DNA from: Clostridia bacterium | GTDB taxonomy: Bacteria > Bacillota > Clostridia > CAKSNL01 > HGM11501 | Assembly: GCA_045545475.1 (NCBI GenBank) | Contig: JAZQAZ010000008.1 | Coordinates: 64,001 to 128,000 of the forward strand | Direction of reading: 5' to 3' | DNA length: 64,000 bases | In this document: positions 58,201 to 64,000 of the stretch, one piece after another | How the letters are laid out: each line of letters opens with the position of its first letter | Position numbering within the stretch: position 1 is the stretch's first letter | Position numbers and translations under genes: made by a program | Notes under the pieces: generated by a model | Told to the model about the DNA's origin: nothing | Databases searched by the model: none | Seen by the model: the letters and a program-made list of their open reading frames with translations, nothing else

Positions 58201-58788
58201 GCAGCAATCGAAGATTACAAGAACGTTTCTGAAAGATATGAGTTTTTATCTAATCAGAAAAATGATATGCTGGAAACCAAAGATAATCTTGAGAGAATTA
58301 TTGAAGATATGCAAAAGATCATGTCTGTTCAGTTTACCGAACAGTTTGAGAAGATTAATAATGACTTTAAAGAAACATATGTTGCACTTACCGGTGGCGG
58401 AACTGCAAACATTTCTCTTGCAGATCCTTCGGACGTACTTGAAAGCGGCATAGATATAGAATTACAGCCTCCCGGAAAGAAGCTACAGAACATCATGCTT
58501 TTGTCGGGTGGTGAAAAAGCTATTGCTGCAATTGCATTGTTCTTTGCGATGCTCTCTGTTCGCCCGACTCCTTTCTGCGTATTGGACGAGATTGAAGCAG
58601 CACTGGACGAGAGTAACGTGCAGAGATTTGCATCGTTTTTGCGTAATTATTCCAAGACTCAGTTTTTGGTTATCACTCACAGAAGAGGTACAATGGAATC
58701 TGCAGATATGCTTTACGGCGTGACAATGCAGGAAAAAGGCGTTACAAAGCTTCTTAGCCTTAAGTTAAGCGAAGTAGACCAGAATTAA
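55264..58788 (+). CDS. smc: Chromosome segregation protein SMC
   Basis: GFKSF, GPNGSGKSN, hinge GRATFLPL, LSGGEK, LDEIEAALD. Confidence 0.97.
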   Translation: MILKSITMQGFKSFADKTTIELDGNVCAIVGPNGSGKSNISDAILWVLGEQSAKTLRGSKMEDVIFTGTPKRKPSGFAEVTLTLDNSEHLLPVEYAEVAFTRRVYRSGEGEYFINKTPCRLKDIHEMLMDTGMGRDGYSIIGQGKIDQILYANPDDRRSMFEEASGISKYKYRKAEATRKLEKTNDNLVRILDIVSELENQIGPLKEQSEKAQRFLVLSEELKDLEVTAYVNSIEKNKASFDKAKVNYDEIEKSFNEAKAQSESNEKAIEQYYEEKKLFDSSLEEIKNQASEILMEITRKESDITLKRNTISNISENIGRLNEEIVTLREQNEAGSVEKAEEAVYKAKEKKEALMRELNALPITSLREEVDSLTAKTAKKASEIDVLSVQIEGRMGRLESFDVIADEQSKRLNSLASEEKELSSEVEEHRKELSSLELKRAECEEKTREFDEQKKSMNNEFSGLNDANETLKTEYNKESSELQERLSRLRFLEELERDMDGYSGAVKSIVENKNLKGIKGVLSELIHVEAKYIPAIEASLGGSMQNIVTETDKDSREAIDYLKSKGKGRATFLPLNIIKERSLEKMSHPGYLGPVSDFVSCDKEIRPAVLNLLGNVALCDTFENAIGLFKKQNGKVKIVTLSGEYINSGGAVTGGSMSKIRGLLSRKQEIATLEVSYAEQQEKVKTAEKAIDKNEQLIEKLRKSAAELTEKIEKNKEIYSDVSSKAEVRKNILEKEEERLSELREAKSELVYGLENRDKAKEELKQSIVDAEKQLAAEKEALKEISRLLETKKQELENLNQARIDKTMEINNASKDIEMYFNALEAARNGADSRRELSEAKALEIARLEKEISRIEEEIKLVYLSIEELKKLHAAKGDELEAKKDEFSKRDENTSKLRESNKEIQERVISLAQEMTKLGSKIEALEHIVEEEIGKLWEEYELTFSEAVKERDAKGSKTGSSTLINKLKREIKDLGTINVAAIEDYKNVSERYEFLSNQKNDMLETKDNLERIIEDMQKIMSVQFTEQFEKINNDFKETYVALTGGGTANISLADPSDVLESGIDIELQPPGKKLQNIMLLSGGEKAIAAIALFFAMLSVRPTPFCVLDEIEAALDESNVQRFASFLRNYSKTQFLVITHRRGTMESADMLYGVTMQEKGVTKLLSLKLSEVDQN

Positions 58789-58806
58789 AAAAAACGGAGA
58801 TTTATT

Positions 58807-59712
58807 ATGGGATTTTTTGATAAGTTAAAGGAAGGGCTCGGAAAAACAAGAGCAGCACTTAAAGGCGCGGTCGATAATGTATTTGTTGCCTTTAGTAAAA
58901 TTGATGATGATTTATATGACGAGCTTGAAGAAGCTTTAATTCTTGCGGATCTTGGCGGAGAAACCGCAATGGAAATTGTGGATGAACTAAGAGAACGTGT
59001 AAAATCAAAAAGAATTAATGATACAGAGGAAGCAAAACAGGAGCTTTTCACTCTTATAGGAGAAATTCTTGAGGGCGACGCCAATCTTGATTTGTCAGGT
59101 AAACCTGCTGTTGTTATGGTGATAGGTGTAAATGGCGTAGGTAAAACAACATCAATAGGAAAAATTACATCTGTACTTAAAAATAGTGGAAAAAAGGTCA
59201 TTCTCGCTGCCGCAGATACATTCAGAGCTGCTGCAATTGATCAGCTGGGAGTATGGGCCGAGCGAAACGATGTGCCTATGATTCGCCATGAAGAAGGATC
59301 AGACCCTGCTTCGGTTGTATTTGACGCTTGTGCTGCAGCTAAGAGCAGAGGGGCGGATGTTCTTATCTGTGATACAGCAGGAAGACTTCATAACAAGAAA
59401 AATCTTATGGATGAGCTTCAAAAGATTTACAGAGTAATAAGAAGAGAACTTCCTGAATCCAGCCTTGAGGTTTTGCTTGTGCTTGATGCCACAACCGGAC
59501 AAAATGCGGTTAATCAGGCTGAAATGTTTAAGGAAACCGCTGATATAACCGGCATTGTTTTAACTAAGCTGGATGGAACTGCAAAAGGCGGGATTGTAAT
59601 TAATATTAAGAAAAAATTGGATATTCCCGTTAAATTTGTTGGCGTTGGAGAAGGAATTGAAGATTTACAGGTTTTTGAGTCTGAAAGTTTTGCGAAAGCC
59701 TTATTTGAATAA
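58807..59712 (+). CDS. ftsY: Signal recognition particle receptor FtsY
   Basis: GVNGVGKTT, DTFRAAA, DTAGRL, TKLDGTAKGG. Confidence 0.97.
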   Translation: MGFFDKLKEGLGKTRAALKGAVDNVFVAFSKIDDDLYDELEEALILADLGGETAMEIVDELRERVKSKRINDTEEAKQELFTLIGEILEGDANLDLSGKPAVVMVIGVNGVGKTTSIGKITSVLKNSGKKVILAAADTFRAAAIDQLGVWAERNDVPMIRHEEGSDPASVVFDACAAAKSRGADVLICDTAGRLHNKKNLMDELQKIYRVIRRELPESSLEVLLVLDATTGQNAVNQAEMFKETADITGIVLTKLDGTAKGGIVINIKKKLDIPVKFVGVGEGIEDLQVFESESFAKALFE

Positions 59713-59719
59713 AAGCTAC

Positions 59720-59756
59720 ACACCCTCTTGAGCCTGTTGCGTTCAGGAGGGTGTTT
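59720..59756 (+). terminator. Intrinsic terminator-like hairpin after ftsY
   Basis: ACACCCTCTTGAGC...GTTCAGGAGGGTGTTT. Confidence 0.6.
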
Positions 59757-59776
59757 GGTAAAAGAAAGGATTAATT

Positions 59777-62407
59777 ATGAAAAAAGTTAAATGTATTTTA
59801 ACAGTTTTAATTATCTTAGCCGCAATATTGTTGGCAGCAGGAAGCTTTTACGGAGACTTTGTTGAATATGAAGAAATAGGCTATACATCAGCTCTGATTA
59901 CGAACATTATAGCAAAATCAGGGGTTTACGTTTCGGTGTTCCTGATTTTTCTCACCTTGTTTTTTATCAACCTGTTTTTCGTAAAGAAAAATCTTAAGCT
60001 TATTAATGAGCATCACGGCATTGAAAATCATAAAATTGCAGTTTTTTTCTTAACTTTATTTGCAGCATTTATATGTGCTTTTATAATAGGTGAGGTTAAT
60101 TATGAAACAGTGCTTGTATTCTTAAACAGAACTCCTTTTGGCGAATATGATGCGGTTTTCGGAAAAGACATTTCCTTTTATATGTTTGAAATGCCTTTTT
60201 ATAAGCTTATTTCGAATGTGCTTTCGTTGGCTTTTTTAGCAGGTGTTGTATATTCTGCGGTATTATATTATATCTGTTCTTTAAGGGGAAATGTTTCGGG
60301 GATAAAAGAAAAATACGGTATAATAACACACCTTGTTACAGTAACTTTGCTTTTTGTTGCAACTAAAGCCTTCTCGCTATACTTAAAAGGATTTGAAATT
60401 CTTTTCGGGAAATTTACTTCAGGACTTACAGGTGCCGGCGTGACAGCGATCTATTTTTATAAGCTTTTCTACACTGTTGCACCAATAATACTTGTTGTTC
60501 TTTCTGCATTAATGATATTGTTTATCTTAAGACGGAGCAAGAAACCTTTTGTGATATCTTTAATATCGGCACCTATTATAGTGGCGATATTTTTTGCAAT
60601 TGCATTTTTATTCCAAACATTATATGTTAATCCCAGAGAAGTTACAGCCGAAGCACCATATATAGTTAACAATATTGAGGCAACGCGAAAGGCTTACGGT
60701 ATAAACGATATAGAGGAAAAAATATTTGATGTTGAATATAATCTGACAGCAGAAGATATTAAGAATAATTCTTCTACAGTGGAAAACATACGAATTACGG
60801 ATAACAATGCAAATTTAACCGTTGCAAATGCACTTCAGGCTACAAGAGGATATTATAGTTTTGGAGATGTTGATATTTTACCGTATTTTATTAATGGAGA
60901 AAAACGTGGAATCAGTACGGCAGTAAGAGAACTGGATATTAAAAAACTTGATGATAGCAGTAAAAGTTATATAAACACAAAACTCAGATATACTCATGGC
61001 TACGGAGTAGTGATGAGTCATATAAATTCGGTTACAGAAGAGGGACAACCTGATTATATAGTGCAGGACGTTCCGCTGAAAGCTACAGATGAAGCTCCTG
61101 AAATAAGTGTTCCGCAGATATACTACGGCGAATTTACAAACGATTACTCCATTGTAAACACAGAATATAAAGAACTTGATTATATGAAGGACGGAGAGAC
61201 TGTTGAAACAACCTATGCAGGAAAAGGCGGATTAAAGCTTTCGCTTCTTAACAGAATCTATTATTCGGTAAAAAACGGAGACTGGATGATGCTTATATCA
61301 GGTTATATAAATTCCGACAGTAAACTGCTTATTAATAGAAATGTTATACAAAGAGCTCAGAAAATCGCACCGTATCTTTTGTTTGATTCAGATCCTTATA
61401 TTATAGCGAATGATGAAGGAAGACTTATATGGGTTATCGATGCATATACGCTTTCCGACAAATATCCCTATAGCCAGGAGTATGCAAACATCAATTATAT
61501 AAGAAACAGCATAAAAGTTACTGTAGATGCATATGACGGAACGGTAAACTTTTATGTTACTGATACATCCGATCCGATTGCTGCGACATATATGAATATT
61601 TATCCGGATGTTTATAAGTCTGATTTACCATCCGATGTCGCTTCCCATATCCGTTATCCGGAATTTTTATTTAAGATACAGATGGAGCTATATGAAAGTT
61701 ATCATGTAACAAATCCTGAAACTTTTTACAGTAAAAGTGATATCTGGCTCACAGCGAAAGAAAAATATAATAATTCTCAGGAAAAAGATGTGGAGCCGTA
61801 TTATAACATCATGCACCTGAAGGATGAAAATGAAACAGACATGGTTTTAATGCTTCCTTTCATTCCAAAAGCAAAACAGAATTTGATTGCCTGGGTAGGT
61901 GTGTCATCAAATTACGAGACATACGGAGATATGGTAGTATATAAATTTCCCGAAGGATCTCCGGTAAACGGAACGCTTCAGGTCGAAAACCTTATTTCTT
62001 CAGATCCTGATATATCTGAGCAGATTTCTCTATGGGATCAGGGAGATTCGAATGTAATGAAAGGAAATCTCTTGGTTATTCCTATAGAAAATTCGATTAT
62101 CTATGTAGAACCTTTGTATATAACCAGCGGAGCAGAATCATCTATACCGCAAGTAAAACGAATTCTTATGGCGTATGGTGACAGAGTTGTTATGGCCGAA
62201 GATCTTGAAGGTGCTTTTTCTATGTTGTTTGGGGAAACAGAAACGGAAATTTTCACTGAGGATATTAACGACGATAATACAGAAAACTCTGAAGAATTAA
62301 AGCGAATTCGTGATGTTTATACTGAAGTGAAATCGGCTTTTGAAAGCGGTAACTGGACACTCTTCGGCGAAAAAATGGAAGAGTTGGAAAAATTGCTTGG
62401 AAACTGA
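59777..62407 (+). CDS. UPF0182 family membrane protein
   Basis: FG..D.VFGKDISFY, NIEATRKAYG, YTHGYG, PQIYYGE, NYIRNSIK, RYPE.LF, GNLLVIP, YVEPLY. Confidence 0.9.
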   Translation: MKKVKCILTVLIILAAILLAAGSFYGDFVEYEEIGYTSALITNIIAKSGVYVSVFLIFLTLFFINLFFVKKNLKLINEHHGIENHKIAVFFLTLFAAFICAFIIGEVNYETVLVFLNRTPFGEYDAVFGKDISFYMFEMPFYKLISNVLSLAFLAGVVYSAVLYYICSLRGNVSGIKEKYGIITHLVTVTLLFVATKAFSLYLKGFEILFGKFTSGLTGAGVTAIYFYKLFYTVAPIILVVLSALMILFILRRSKKPFVISLISAPIIVAIFFAIAFLFQTLYVNPREVTAEAPYIVNNIEATRKAYGINDIEEKIFDVEYNLTAEDIKNNSSTVENIRITDNNANLTVANALQATRGYYSFGDVDILPYFINGEKRGISTAVRELDIKKLDDSSKSYINTKLRYTHGYGVVMSHINSVTEEGQPDYIVQDVPLKATDEAPEISVPQIYYGEFTNDYSIVNTEYKELDYMKDGETVETTYAGKGGLKLSLLNRIYYSVKNGDWMMLISGYINSDSKLLINRNVIQRAQKIAPYLLFDSDPYIIANDEGRLIWVIDAYTLSDKYPYSQEYANINYIRNSIKVTVDAYDGTVNFYVTDTSDPIAATYMNIYPDVYKSDLPSDVASHIRYPEFLFKIQMELYESYHVTNPETFYSKSDIWLTAKEKYNNSQEKDVEPYYNIMHLKDENETDMVLMLPFIPKAKQNLIAWVGVSSNYETYGDMVVYKFPEGSPVNGTLQVENLISSDPDISEQISLWDQGDSNVMKGNLLVIPIENSIIYVEPLYITSGAESSIPQVKRILMAYGDRVVMAEDLEGAFSMLFGETETEIFTEDINDDNTENSEELKRIRDVYTEVKSAFESGNWTLFGEKMEELEKLLGN

Positions 62408-62425
62408 CAGAAAGAGGGAATAATA

Positions 62426-62905
62426 ATGGCAAAAGAAGTTAAAACAAATGCAATGCGAATACTCGATAAAGCCAAAGTCTCTTATGTTCCGCATCATTAT
62501 AGTGCGGACGATGGTAAAATAGACGGCATTTCTGTTGCAGAAAAGATAGGATACCCCAAAGAGGTGGTATACAAAACACTTGTAACCGTTGCTCCGTCAA
62601 AGCAATATTATGTATTTGTTATACCGGTGGAGAAGGAGCTTGACTTAAAAGCTGCTGCAAAAGCTGTAGGGGAGAAATCAGTTGAAATGATTCATGTCGC
62701 AGACATTAATAAAGTCACTGGCTACATCAGGGGAGGGTGTAGCCCGGTCGGCATGAAAAAAGAGTATAAAACAGTAATGGATGAAAGCGTAAAAGATTTG
62801 GATAAATTTTTTGTTAGTGCGGGCAGGATAGGTTCGCAGCTGGAAATAGAACCATCAGAACTTAAGAAAGTAGTCGATTATGAAATTTCCCCTATAACTT
62901 TTTGA
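62426..62905 (+). CDS. ybaK: Cys-tRNA(Pro) deacylase
   Basis: KTNAMRIL, YKTLVT, TGYIRGGCSPVG, SAGRIG. Confidence 0.92.
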   Translation: MAKEVKTNAMRILDKAKVSYVPHHYSADDGKIDGISVAEKIGYPKEVVYKTLVTVAPSKQYYVFVIPVEKELDLKAAAKAVGEKSVEMIHVADINKVTGYIRGGCSPVGMKKEYKTVMDESVKDLDKFFVSAGRIGSQLEIEPSELKKVVDYEISPITF

Positions 62906-62988
62906 ATATGGTTGACAAAAGTTTTTTTATGTGGTAAAATTTTCTTAAAGTAAATCGTCACAGAGTGACAAAAAGAGAGGGGTATATT

Positions 62989-64000
62989 ATGTTAACGGTA
63001 AAAGATAAAAAATTTTACTTAAACGGGGAAGAGTTTAAAATTCACAGCGGTTCTCTGCATTATTTTCGCGCACTTCCTGAATATTGGGAAGAACTTCTTA
63101 TAAAAATAAAAGCTGCAGGCTTTAATTGTGTTGAAACATACACCTGTTGGAACTTACATGAACCTAAAAAGGGAGAGTATAATTTCGAAGGAATGCTTGA
63201 TCTTGAGCATTTCATTGAAACTGCTGATAAAGTAGGACTTAAAGTGATTTTAAGAACAGGGCCTTTCATTTGTGCCGAATGGGAGAATGGCGGCCTTCCT
63301 GCGTGGCTTCTTAAGGATCCTTCGATAAGATTAAGATGTAATTCGGAACCTTATATAACACATCTCCATGATTGGTTTAAAGTGCTTCTTGCAAAAATAA
63401 AACCTCATCTCGACACAAATGGCGGTCCGGTAATCGCCATGGCTGTTGAAAATGAATACGGATCATTCGGCGATGATTTCTCTTATCTTGCAAAGGTTAA
63501 AGAAATTTATTTAGAAGCAGGAATCGACTGTCTACTTTTTGCCTCGGACGGAAGCGGTGAATATTATTTTTCTACCGGAAGAGCCGATATGGACATGATA
63601 CAGGCTTCAGATTTCGGTGTTGGTAATGCAAAGAACGAAATTGTAAAAATTGATGAATTTGATGACCGTATGCCTTATTTCTGCGTTGAATACTGGGCCG
63701 GAAATTTCTCATCATGGTGTGAGCCTGCGTGCCACAAGGACAGCATTGAGAAAACTAAGCAGGATATAAACGATATGATAGATCTCGGTGCAAGCTTCAA
63801 TGTATATATGATTTTCGGAGGAACAAATTTCGGATTCACGGGCGGAGCTAATACAACCGGACCTACTCCTATACGTTTCTTTACTACAAGTTATGACTAT
63901 GATGCGGCAATTACGGAATGGGGAGGGTATACACAGCGTTATTTTGATATGAAGGAAGCTCTTGAACGTGATGCGGGAAAACCTGCTGATGTTCCGGTTC
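62989..64000 (+). CDS. Family 35 beta-galactosidase, 3'-truncated by the window edge
   Basis: Translated by hand: SGSLHYFR, ETYTCWNLHEP, GPFICAEWENGGLPAWL, VENEYGS, GGTNFG, TSYDYDA. Confidence 0.92.
   Translation, partial: MLTVKDKKFYLNGEEFKIHSGSLHYFRALPEYWEELLIKIKAAGFNCVETYTCWNLHEPKKGEYNFEGMLDLEHFIETADKVGLKVILRTGPFICAEWENGGLPAWLLKDPSIRLRCNSEPYITHLHDWFKVLLAKIKPHLDTNGGPVIAMAVENEYGSFGDDFSYLAKVKEIYLEAGIDCLLFASDGSGEYYFSTGRADMDMIQASDFGVGNAKNEIVKIDEFDDRMPYFCVEYWAGNFSSWCEPACHKDSIEKTKQDINDMIDLGASFNVYMIFGGTNFGFTGGANTTGPTPIRFFTTSYDYDAAITEWGGYTQRYFDMKEALERDAGKPADVPV

Overview
AT-rich (roughly 40% GC by eye) chromosomal window, probably from a Clostridia-class Firmicute. Contents in order: the 3' part of copA; a cysK-metQ-metN-metI operon (minus strand); an eight-gene shikimate/Phe/Tyr operon (pheA-aroB-aroC-aroE/K-aroQ-aroA-tyrA-DAHP synthase); a sugar-utilisation accessory region with four AraC regulators, an FGGY kinase plus fucI, GH20, and two paralogous pairs of surface glycoside hydrolase plus tetra-CBM32 protein; an SOS-boxed radical SAM/DUF4130 repair pair; an AT-richer island (vWA, frameshifted radical SAM activase, Sel1 and LRR proteins); and a core block (yybS-like, rplI, dnaB, tilS, hpt, ftsH, smc, ftsY, UPF0182, ybaK, partial GH35). 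Best observations: (1) an unannotated Phe/Tyr-rich leader peptide (FFEVSFFACFRFFYYYYF) with mutually exclusive terminator/antiterminator helices before pheA, which looks like ribosome-mediated attenuation in a lineage that usually uses T-boxes; (2) three proteins sharing an uncharacterised ~95-aa N-terminal domain with swapped C-termini (EF-Tu domain II-like, Sel1, LRR), two of them next to a TerY-like vWA gene and a Cys-tailed radical SAM gene; (3) a circularly permuted MetQ; (4) a ~254-bp nested palindromic intergenic element; (5) an internal RBS that could yield a free CopZ-like chaperone from copA. All product calls come from motif recognition by eye; no database searches were run.
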